Assembly (NCBI RefSeq): GCF_036365525.1
Contig: NC_090392.1
Location: 57,785,247 to 57,849,246, forward strand
Length of the DNA stretch: 64,000 nucleotides
Source: Heterodontus francisci
Lineage: Eukaryota
Direction: 5' to 3'
Below, piece after piece: positions 24,790-35,800 of this stretch. Below the pieces are notes generated by a model. The model saw only the letters and a program-made list of their open reading frames with translations. It searched no databases and had not been told where the DNA came from. Both the position numbers and the translations under genes were made by a program. Positions within the stretch are counted from its first letter, which is position 1. The number at the start of each line of letters is the position of its first letter.

Positions 24790-26560
24790 AAATTGTAAGT
24801 CTTTCTCTTCCTTTTCTTATTACCTCTATGTGATGCTACCCCTGTGGCTTCTGCAAAGTTAGAGGCAAACTGCTCGTTTCCCTGCTCTGACAGCTGAGAT
24901 GTTCATGGCCAGATTTCTCTGGGTTTTGGAGCCCATGAGGGCCCTGTCAAAGATTGCCCCAACTGCACCTGTGCAGGTACAGACTCATCCATCGGGACAG
25001 GAGTCAGCATGTGGAGCACTGAGTGGGGGAGGGGAGTGGGAGCACCTTGAACAGAGCCCCACTTCTGTTTCCCTATCTCCATCTTCCCTCTCATGGCCCA
25101 CCTGTACTTCAGTGAGTCACTGAATGGCCAAAGCAAGGCTTTCCTCCTTCATATTTAAACTGGCAGACCGAGTGTACTGGCCATAGGTGAGGGCCAGGGT
25201 GTACTTGGCAGCTTGCTGCTTTTGATGCTCCATGTAAGTGGCCACTTTATCCAAGGAAGTGGAAATCAGTGCAAACACCTGAGACATCATGGCACTTGTG
25301 CTAGCAACAGATTCCTCCAATCTCACCCTAGTCATATACAGTGCTTCAGGAAATGCTGACAGAACCTCACACATCTTCTTTTGCCACTCCAGAATTGTCC
25401 TCTTTGTTGATGACAACTGAGGCTCAGTATCTGAGTCCAGCTGAACAGAGCTTGGAGGGTCCTGTGCCCATTGACAGGGACTCTCCACTGCTGTCCCTGC
25501 CTCCAACTTCAGCTCTTGCTCACTGGTGATGTGTGCTTCATCATGTGACAACACAACTACCTGCCTTGGCTGCCCCGAGGTGTGTGTACCTGAGCTAGTA
25601 GAGGGTGCGCATGAATCATATGACTGTACTTCCTCAGAGTGAATTGTCCCCTCTGAGGACTTCTCGGCCTCCTCCTGCACCAGCCCCTCTGTTTGGATCT
25701 GTTGAAGATGAAAGACATAAATTAGAACTGAGAAGGGGAAAAGGTTTCAAGTCAAAATTGTGCAGATCGTATTACAGTTACTGGTGACCTCAAGTCAACA
25801 TGAGTGATTGTTGTGTGCCATGTGGCTATGTGACATCTAATTCTGTCACCAGGAATTTGGGAGACTCCCGTTTCTCCATCGCCAATGACTGTGCAGTCCG
25901 CCACTCTGCTCGTCTCCATTGCCTCCTCCTCTGCAGCGGTAGGATGGTGATGACGGTGGGGGCCATCCCCAGATCTCTGTCCCTCCCTGGTGCTGTATAC
26001 TCTCTTCTCCTAAAAGGAGAGAAAGAACAGTTATGAGTGTGAGAAATGGATTGAGTTGAGAGAATGGACTGACAACATTTATGGAGCATGACAGTGAGGG
26101 AAAGGTGTGAAGTGGCAATAAGATGAGGATGATTATCAGTGGTGGCTGTTCACATGGGGATGTGAGGAGGTGCCACAAGAAAGAAGAATGGGTAGAGCTG
26201 CAAGGTGTGTTGATCTGAGGAGTGCTCTGCTGGAGAAGGCTGGAAAAAGTCAGATTGATGATGTTGGCATGTCACTCACACTTCCTGCCCTGATGAAGTC
26301 GTTGAACCTTTTCTTGGTACTTTATGCGTGATCACGGAACCACACTCCTGCTGCTTACTTCCTCCGTGACTTCCAGCCACGCCTGCTTGCTCTCAGAAGC
26401 TGGCCTCTTCCTCCTATCCGTCAGGAAGAATATTTGTCTTTGGGTACTGACAGCCCACAGCATTACCTCCAGAGATGCCTCTAAGAACTAGGGACAGCCT
26501 TCCCACGTTGCGCTTTCATCAGTCCAGTTCCTGTCTCTATCCTGACAATTGAAGAATGGA
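24790..26560 (-). pseudogene. Harbinger Myb/SANT-like DNA-binding protein gene, three exons (~26560-26281, 26009-~25849, 25698-~24790)
   Basis: EASLEVMLWAVSTQRQIFFLTDRRKRPASESKQAWLEVTEEVSSRSV then a gtgagt donor. Acceptors ctctccttttAG and ttcatcttcaacAG. Exon 3 includes the 187-aa acidic/coiled-coil-like ORF 25117-25680. Confidence 0.8.
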
Positions 26561-28099
26561 TCAATTCTGATCCCTGCCAGGGTCCCTTCAAATATTAAGG
26601 CTTTAACAATCAGATTCGGGTCACGATCACGCCCACCCTTTCTGATTGGTCAGGACACCTGGAAGCAGGATATTAATGCTGCGGTTGGTTAAAAAGCCAT
26701 GGCAAAGCTCGCTCCAATATCTTTCGGGTTCCTGATCCGCTGCCGCCCTCCCTCACTGCAAGTGGGTCCAAAGATCAAAATTCTGCCCTCGAAGATAGTT
26801 GCATTCTAACACACAAAGGTTCAGATTTAGTGTTTGAACCTGATTAAACTTTTTCTCAGAATGTCTTTCACCTGAATAGGATGGATATGCTTATTTATGG
26901 TGTTGAGTGGTTCATATATATACATAATGTATATTATATATAAAGCATTTCAGTATGACAATGCATTGTTTTATATACATAACAAAAGCAGAAGCTCTTC
27001 ATTGTATTTCTGCCACTCATGCTGCCATGTTGTTGAATAATTGTTGAAAATATGTTTTTGTGGGATTTTTAAATGATGAATGTACAGCAGACATACTGTT
27101 GAAAAAACATTTGGACTGTTAACTTGAATGGCCGTGAACATTACTTAATGAGTTTGTTCACTGTGGTCACAAATACGTTTCTGTCTTTCAAAAAAAAATA
27201 AAGAATTGAACACCACCAGCATAATAGTACTCTCAGCTGTAATTATTAATAATGTAACAGTTATTCTATTTGTTTACTAAATCAATATTGAAGTGGTAGT
27301 TGATGAATTAATTCCTCTTGACCTAGTTGCTGTGCTGTTTGTTCATGATTTGCAGGTTTTCTAATTGTCGTTCAAACTCAGGGATATATTTAATTCAGAT
27401 TAATGACCTTTCTTTAATTATATGCATACTTTCAGATTTCACACTCAATATTTTCTGCGAGCTGCAAGTTGCATTCTAATAATAATGCAAGAGTAATAAA
27501 ACTAGAATAAGCTGAAAATGCACAGTCGGTTAGTCAGAAGCTAAAAAAAAGAGCTCGGCTAACATTTTGGAAGGGGCATTAAAACTTTGGGTGGGATCCT
27601 TGTCTTAGAAACAGTAACTCTTTTTGTTCAACTCTCACATATACTGTTGTGAAAGCATGAGTGGGAAAGAGATTAGCAAATGTTATTAAAAATAAATCAT
27701 GAATATGAATTGCATGTGTGTGAGGGTAGCATGCTCTCTGACTGAACTTCAATACAGATTACTCAAGGGTTAGCTGCAATTACATTTAGAGTTGGAGAGA
27801 AAATAAATGGAGGAATTTCAAGAGCATGGAGAGCCACTACATCATGACAAAGGGACAAAAGGAAAATTGCAACAGCAAGCACGACAAACGACATTTGTAC
27901 ATCCATGGCCTTTAATGTGAAATCTTTGATATATCTTGCCATCAGGTAACAATTTCCTGCTGTTGCACAACAAACTCACTTGATATATTATTTCTGTGAG
28001 CTTACATTTTTAGTTACGTGATAATTTTAGAAACATTGAAGAATGTTTAAGTTCAACACTCATTTGGAAGAAAATTAAACCGTGTGTTTATGCCATATG

Positions 28100-28378
28100 G
28101 GTATGCCATTTAGAACCGAGATGAGGAGGAATTTCTTCACTCAGAGGGTGGCGAACCTGTGGAATTCTCTACCACAGAAGGCAGTGGAGGCCAAGTTATT
28201 AAATATATTCAAGAAGGAGATAGATATATTTCTTAACACCAAAGGGATCAAGGGATATGGGGAGAAAATGGGAACAGGGTACTGAATTAGACAATCAGCC
28301 GTGATGTCTTTTGAATGGTGGAGCAGGCCCAAAGGGCCGAATGGCCTACTCCTCCTCCTATTTTCTATGTTTCTTTGT
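28100..28378 (+). mobile_element. CR1 3' end
   Basis: PFRTEMRRNFFTQRVANLWNSLPQKAVEA; tail gggccgaatggcctactcct..ttctatgtttct. Confidence 0.85.
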
Positions 28379-28404
28379 GTTGTCGTGGGAAACAAGTAAA
28401 TTGG

Positions 28405-28630
28405 CAATAAAAGCAGAAAATGTGAGAAACACTCAGCAGTTCAGGCACCATCTGTGGAGACAGATTCAGAGCTCTGATTCAGTCAGTGACTGTTTGTCAG
28501 AACAAGGACCATCAACCTGAAACATTAACTCTGTTTCTCTCTCCACAGATGCTGGCGGAACTGCTGAGTATTTCCAACATTTTCTGTTTTTATTTCAGAT
28601 TTCCAGCATCTGCAGCACCTTGCTCTTGTA
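28405..28630. repeat. Fold-back (inverted) copy of the Penelope terminal segment
   Basis: aaaagcagaaaatg..actcagcag..catctgtggaga is followed by its reverse complement tctccacagatgc..ctgctgagtatttcc..ttttctgttttt. Confidence 0.75.
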
Positions 28631-28702
28631 TGAAGGAACTTGGTAATATTGTAGTGACTGGTAAATCCATAAAATATATAACTAATATTCAGTAAAAGCT
28701 AA

Positions 28703-29962
28703 AATAAAAGCAAAATACTGCAGATGCTGGAAATCTGAAACACAAACAAGAAATGCTCGAAATACTCAGCAGGTCTGGCAGCATCTGTGGAGAGAGATGC
28801 AGAGTTAACATTTCAGGTCAGTGACCCCTTCATCAAAACTGGCAGATATTAGAAATGTAAAAGGTTTTAAGCAAGTAAAGCGGGGGTGGGGCAAGAAATA
28901 ACAAAAGAGATGGTGTTTATAGGACAAGGTCACCGAGAATAACTGACCAGGAGGTCATGGAGCAAAGGCAAATGGTATGTGAATGGTGTGCTGAAATTCA
29001 GAACATTAGTACAGAGAGGGTGTTAATGGACTGAAAACTGAGCAGCCTGGCTCCAAGCACAAACATGAAAAAAACAGTGGGTAGGCACAGTCGAAACAAA
29101 CTAAACTAAAATAAACACAAAAAAGAAAAAAATAACTAAAAATGAAAAGGGGGGCCCGTCATGCTCTGAAATTACTGAACTCAATTTTCAATCCGGTAGG
29201 CTGTAGCATGCCTATTCGGTAAATGAAATGCTGTTCTTCGAGCTTGCGTTGATGTTCACTGGAACACTGCAGCAATCCCAGGGCAGAGATGTGAGCACGA
29301 GAGCAGGGGGGAGTGTTGAAATGGCAAGCAACCAGAAGCTCGGGACCATGCTTTCGGACTGAGCAGAGGTGTTCCGCAAAGCAGTCACCCAGTCTGGGTT
29401 TGGTCTCCCCATTGTAGAGGAGACCACATTGTGAGCAGTGAATACAGTATACTACATTGAAAGAAGTACAAGTAAATCGCTGCTTCATCTGAAAGGAGTG
29501 TTTGGGGCCTTGGATAGTGAAGAGAGAGGAGATAAATGGGCAGGTATTACACCTCCTGTGATTGCAGGGGAAGGTGCCGTGGGATGGGGATGAGGTGGTG
29601 GGGGTAATGGAGGAGTGGACCATGGTGTTGTGAAGAGAACGATCCCTTCAGAATGCTGACGGGGGAAGTGACGGAAGATGAGTTTGGTAGTGGCATCACA
29701 CTGGAGGTGGCGGAAATGGCGGAGGATGATCCTTTGAGTGTGGAGGGTGATGGGGTGGAAAGTGAGGACAAGGGGAACCCTGTCATGGTTCTGGGAGGAA
29801 GGGGAAGGGGTGGGGGTAGAGGTGCAGGAAATGGGCTGGATGCGATTGAGGGTCCTGTTAACCATAGTTGGTGGGGTGGCGGGGGGGGGAATCCTCGGTT
29901 GAGGAAAAAGGAAGACATATCAGAAGCGCTGTCATGGAAGGTTGCATTGTAAGAGCAGATGC
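28703..29962 (-). mobile_element. Penelope-like element, inverted 3' portion (GIY-YIG region plus tail)
   Basis: CNHRRCNTCPF..FTCTSFNVVYCIHCSQCGLLYNGETK..HFN..LKIEF. Reverse complement of ~30928-31998 plus about 150 bp of extra terminus. Confidence 0.92.
28803..28842 (-). ncRNA. Degenerate minimal type I hammerhead ribozyme motif in the Penelope tail
   Basis: Minus strand: CC-AGTT-TTGATGA-agg-GGTCA-c-TGACC-t-GAA-AT-GT-T-AACT. Stem I AGTT/AACT, stem II GGTCA/TGACC, core CUGAUGA..GAAAC GUU with two C>T changes. Confidence 0.65.
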
Positions 29963-31998
29963 TCCAACCTGCACCTTGCAGAGGTTCAGAACCAACTCTC
30001 AGACACCTCTTCCTACTTCTCCCTTGACCATGACCCCACCGAACATCAAGCAACTGTCCACAGTACTGTCACTGGCCTCATCTCCTCTGGAGATCTTCCC
30101 ACTACAGCTTCCAACCTCATAGTCCCGCAACCCCGGACAGCCCACTTCTACCTCCTTCCCAAAATCCACCAACAGGAGTGTCCCGGCAGACCCATTGTTT
30201 CAGCCTGTTCCTGCCCCACTGAACTTATTTCTTCCTATCTTGACTCTATCTTTTCTCCCCTAGTCCAGTCTCTTCCCACCTACATCCGTGACTCTTCTGA
30301 TGTCTTATGTCATTTTGACAATTTCCAGTTTCCTGGCCCCAACCGCCTCCTCTTCACTATGGACGTCCAATCGCTCTACACCTCCATCCCCCACCAGGAT
30401 GGTTTGAGGGCTCTCCGCTTCTTCCTTGAACAGAAGCTCAACCAGTCCCCATCCACCACCACCCTCCTCCACCTGGCTGAACTTGTTCTCACATTGAACA
30501 ACTTCTCCTTCAACTCCACTCCCTTCAAGTAAAAGGTGTTGTTATGGGTACCTGCATGGGCCCTAGTTATGCCTGTCTTTTTGTGGGATCTGTCAAACAT
30601 TCCTTGTTCCAGTCCTACTCCGGCCCCGCCCCAACTCTTTTTCCGGTACATTGATGACTGTATCGGTGCCGTTTCCTGCTCCCGCCCTGAACTGGAAAAC
30701 TTGATCAACTTTGCTTCTAATTTACACCCTTCTCTCACCTTTACATGGTCCATCTCTGACACTTCCCTTCCCTTCCTCAACTTCTCTGTCTCCATCTCTG
30801 GGGATAGGCTATCTACTAATATTCGTTATAAGCCCACCGACTCCCACAGCTACCTCGATTACACTTCTTCACACCCTGCCTCCTGTAAGAACTCCATTCC
30901 ATCCTTCAAGTTTCTCCGTCTCTGACGCATCTGCTCTGATGATGCAACCTTCCACCACAGCGCTTCTGATATGTCTTCCTTTTTCCTCAACCGAGGATCC
31001 CCCCCCCCACTGCGCCCACTGTGGTTGACAGGGCCCTCAACCGTGTCCAGCCCATTTCCCGCACCTCTACCCTCACCCCTTCCCCTCCCTCCCAGAACCC
31101 GTGACAAGGTTCCCCTTGTCCTCACTTTCCACCCCATCAGCCTCCACATTCAAAGAATCATCCTCTGCCATTACCGCCACCTCCAGCGTGATGCCACTAC
31201 CAAATGCATCTTCCCCTCCCTTCCCCGTCAGCATTCCGAAGGGATCACTCCCTCCGCAACACTCTGGTCCACTCCTCCATTACCCGGCCTATCTCATCCC
31301 CTTCCCACAGAGGTGTAATACCTGCCCATTTACCTCCTCTTTCCTCACTATACAAGGCCCCAAACACTCCTTTCAGGTGAAGCAGCGATTTACTTGTACT
31401 TCTTTCAATGTAGTATACTGTATTCGCTGCTCACAATGTGGTCTCTACATTGGGGAGACCAAACGCAGACTGGGTGACCGCTTGATAGAACACCTCCGCT
31501 CAGTCCGAAAGCATGACCCCAAGCTTCCGGTTGCTGGCCATTTCAACACTCCCCCTTGCTTTCGTGCCCACATCTCTGTCCTGGGATTGCTACAGTGTTC
31601 CAGTGAACATCAACGCAAGCTCAAGGAACAGCATCTCATTTACCGATTAGGCACGCTGCAGCTTGCCGGACTGAACATTGAGTTCAATAATTTCAGAGCA
31701 CGATGGGCCCCCCTTTTTATTTTTATTTTTAGTTATTTTTTTCTTTTTTGTGTTTATTTTAGTTTAGTTTGTTTTGACTGTGCCTACCCACTGTTTTTTT
31801 CATGTTTGTGCTTGGAGCCCGGCTGCTCAGTTTTCAGTCCATTAACACCCTCTCTGTACTAATGCTTTGTCTTTCAGCACACCATTCACATACCGTTTGC
31901 CTTTGCTCCATGACCTTCTGGTCAGCTTTTCTCTTTGACCTTGTCCTAACAACACCTCTTTTGTTATCTCTTGCCCCATCCCCACTTAAAACCTTTTA
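29963..31998 (+). mobile_element. Penelope-like retroelement, 5'-truncated RT + GIY-YIG ORF with frameshifts and a stop
   Basis: FYLLPKIH..GRPIVS, FTMDVQSLYTSIPH, FFRYIDD, YKPTDSHSYLDYTSSHP, NVVYCIRCSQCGLYIGETKRRLGDRLIEH. Confidence 0.95.
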
Positions 31999-32814
31999 AT
32001 CCTGGGGGAAGCCCAGTTATGTGCCTGACTGGCACGTGCTGCGGCGGGCCTTCCCGAAAAGAGGCGTCACTTGGCTCTCGCTGGCGCTTCAGCTGGTGGC
32101 TGAGACCCCGTCGCCTACATAAAATACTGCCCTGTGTGAGTACCTGAAAGGTGCTATGTGCAAGGGTCTGATGGATTAAGTGGGAGGTCTGAGGCTGCGA
32201 TGTGGATGAATACAGCAGCGTAAAATAATCTGATAAATATAAACTACATGCTCTGCATGTGATTTTCTCATTCCCAGCTTGGATTTATTTTTCAACACAC
32301 TATGGAATTAAGCAGCTTATTGCATTATGAAGCCATTTACTGATGTCAAGAATATTGCAGCACCAAGTGTCACTGCTTCCTGGTAGTGTTAAGTAATAGT
32401 ATTTGGCACCCTTATCTACTGACCCTTTCCCATTAAAGGATTTTAAAGTGCATTGGATTTCACATTATTGTCTTTGCATCATCTAGAATTGAGTTGCTGT
32501 GCCATGGAATTTAGTATTAGCTGTCCAGTTTTATCAGCCAATAGCAATAATGGCTGGGTATCATCCTACACAATTATCCATTGTCACTTGAGTCCTGCTC
32601 ATGCCAGTCAGCTTGTGATTAGTGGGAATGTTACTCATCACTTGTGAATGTTTTTTGCAAATGAAAAATTTAATAAAATGTAACGTTTCTGAAAAATATT
32701 TTTTTAATTGGGCACTGATTATGACGAAATTGGCACTCTTTTCCAGACAGGTCACAAGATGGCATCTTATCTGGTATAGATTATTTAGTATAAATATCCA
32801 TAATCTAGTAATGA

Positions 32815-35800
32815 TAATGTTCCAGAGTGTGGGACCAAGATGCCTGAAGGTCTGTCACTGAAAATGGAGGAGAATTGTGGGGGGAATGGGGTGGGGCAGA
32901 TGCCAGAGTCAAAAAAGCAAAGGGCAAGAGGAGGCTGCAGGGGGGGAAGAGGAGACTGCAGGGGGGAAGAGGAGACTGCAGAGGGAAGAGGAGACTGCAG
33001 AGGGGAAGAGGAGACTGCAGGGGGGAAGAGGAGACTGCAGGGGGGGAAGAGGAGACTGCAGGGGGGGAAGAGGAGACTGCAGGGGGGAAAGAGGAGACTG
33101 CAGAGGGAAGAGGAGACTGCAGCGGGGAAGAGGAGGCTGCAGAGGGAACAGGAGGCTGCAGGGGGGAAGAGGAGACTGCAGGGGGGAAGAGGAGGCTGCA
33201 GGGGGGAAGAGGAGGCTGTAGAGGGAACAGGAGGCTGCAGCGGGGAAGAGGAGACTGCAGGGGGGAACAGGAGGCTGCAGCGGGGAAGAGGAGGCTGCAG
33301 AGGGGGAAGAGGAGGCTGAAGAGGGGAAGAGGAGGCTGCAGGGGGGAAGAGGAGGCTGCAGAGGGGAAGAGGAGACTGCAGAGGGAAGAGGAGGCTGCCG
33401 AGGGAAGAGGAGCTGCAGAGGGAAGAGGAGACTGCAGCGGGGAAGAGGAGGCTGCAGAGGGAAGAGGAGGCTGCAGCGGGGGAGGAGACTGCAGGGGGTA
33501 AGAGGAGGCTGCAGGGGGGAAGAGGAGACTGCAGAGGGAAGAGGAGGCTGCAGAGGGAAGAGGAGGCTGCAGAGGGAAGAGGAGACTGCAGCGGGGAAGA
33601 GGAGGCTGCAGAGGGAAGAGGAGACTGCAGAGGGGAAGAGGAGGCTGCAGAGGGAACAGGAGGCTGCAGCGGGGAAGAGGAGGCTGCAGGGGGGAAGAGG
33701 AGGCTGCAGAGGGAAGAGGAGGCTGCAGGGGGGAAGAGGAGGCTGCAGAGGGAAGAGGAGACTGCAGGGGGGAAGAGGAGGCTGCAGAGGGGGAAGAGGA
33801 GGTTGCAGAGGGAACAGGCGACTGAAGGGGGGAAGAGGAGGCTGCAGATAGAACAGGAGGCTGCAGAGGGAACAGGCGACTGCAGGGGGGAAGAGGAGGC
33901 TGCAGATAGAACAGGAGGCTGCAGGGGGGAAGAGGAGACTGCAGGGGGGAAGAGGAGACTGCAGGGGGAACAGGAGGCTGCAGCGGGGAAGAGGAGACTG
34001 CAGGGGGGAAGAGGAGGCTACAGAGGGGGAAGAGGAGGTTGCAGAGGGAACAGGCGACTGCAGGGGGGAAGAGGAGGCTGCAGATAGAACAGGAGGCTGC
34101 AGAGGGAAGAGGAGACTGCAGGGGGGAAGAGGAGGCTGCAGATAGAACAGGAGGCTGCAGAGGGAAGAGGAGACTGCAGGGGGGAAGAGGAGGCTGCAGA
34201 GGGAAGAGGAGGCTGCAGATAGAACAGGAGGCTGCAGGGGGGAAGAGGAGACTGCAGGGGGGAAGAGGAGACTGCAGGGGGAACAGGAGGCTGCAGCGGG
34301 GAAGAAGAGACTGCAGGGGGGGGAAGAGGAGGCTGCAGGGGGGAAGAAGAGGCTGCAGGGGGAACAGGAGGCTGCAGCGGGGAAGAGGAGACTGCAGGGG
34401 GGAAGAGGAGACTGCAGGGGGGAGGAGGAGGCTGCAGGGGGGAAGAGGAGGCTGCAGGGGGGAGGAGGAGGCTGCAGGGGGGAAGAGGAGACTGCGGGGG
34501 GAAGAGGAGACTGCAGAGGGGAGGAGGAGGCTGCAGGGGGAAGAGGAGGCTGCAGGGGGAGGAGAAGGCTGCAGGGGGGAAGAGGAGGCTGCAGGGGGGA
34601 AGAGGAGGCTGCAGCGGGGAAGAGGAGGCTGCAGAGGGAACAGGAGGCTGTAGCGGGGGAGGAGACTGCAGGGGGGAAGAGGAGGCTGCAGGGGGGAAGA
34701 GGAGGCTGCAGATAGAACAGGAGGCTGCAGCGGGGAAGAGGAGACTGCAGAGGGGGAAGAGGAGGCTGCAGAGGGGAAGAGGAGGCTGCAGAGGGGGAAG
34801 AGGAGGCTGCAGAGGGAACAGGAGGCTGCAGGGGGGAAGAGGAGGCTGCAGAGGGGGGAGGAGGCTGCAGAGGGGAAGAGGAGGCTGCAGAGGGAAGAGG
34901 AGGCTGCAGAGGGAAGAGGAGGCTGCAGATAGAACAGGAGGCTGCAGAGGGAAGAGGAGACTGCAGGGGGAAGAGGAGACTGCAGAGGGAACAGGAGGCT
35001 GCAGCGGGGAAGAGGAGGCTGCAAGGGGGGAAGAGGAGGCTGCAGGGGGAAAGAAGAGGCTGCAGGGGGGAAGCGGAGACTGCAGGGGGAACAGGAGGCT
35101 GCAGCGGGGAAGAGGAGACTGCAGGGGGGAAGAGGAGACTGCAGGGGGGAGGAGGAGGCTGCAGGGGGAAGAGGAGGCTGCAGAGGGAAGAGGAGGCTGC
35201 AGAGGGAAGAGGAGGCTGCAGATAGAACAGGAGGCTGCAGCGGGGAAGAGGAGACTGCAGAGGGGGAAGAGGAGGTTGCAGAGGGAACAGGCGACTGCAG
35301 GGGGGAGGAGGCTGCAGATCGAACAGGAGGCTGCAGGGGGGAAGAGGAGACTGCAGGGGGAAGAGGAGACTGCAGAGGGAACAGGAGGCTGCAGCGGGGA
35401 AGAGGAGGCTGCAAGGGGGGAAGAGGAGGCTGCAGGGGGGAAGAAGAGGCTGCAGGGGGGAAGCGGAGACTGCAGGGGGGAAGAGGAGACTGCAGGGGGG
35501 AGGAGGAGGCTGCAGGGGGGAAGAGGAGGCTGCAGGGGGGAGGAGGAGGCTGCAGGGGGGAAGAGGAGGCTGCAGGGGGAGGAGGAGGCTGCAGGGGGGA
35601 AGAGGAGGATGCAGGGGGGAAGAGGAGGCTGCAGCGGGGAAGAGGAGACTGCAGGGGGGAAGAGGAGACTGCAGGGGGGAGGAGGAGGCTGCAGAGGGAG
35701 GAGGAGGCTGCAGGGGGGTAGAGGAGGCTGCAGGGGGAGGAGGAGGCTGCAGGGGGGTAGAGGAGGCTGCAGGGGGAGGAGGAGGCTGCAGGGGGGAAGA

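Larger units (their letters stand above)
22874..26788. mobile_element. Near full-length PIF/Harbinger transposon with two convergent decayed genes
   Basis: TIR-like ends GGGGTGGATTTT / AAAATTCTGCCC, flanks TTG/TCG. Transposase on +, Myb/SANT gene on -. Confidence 0.85.
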
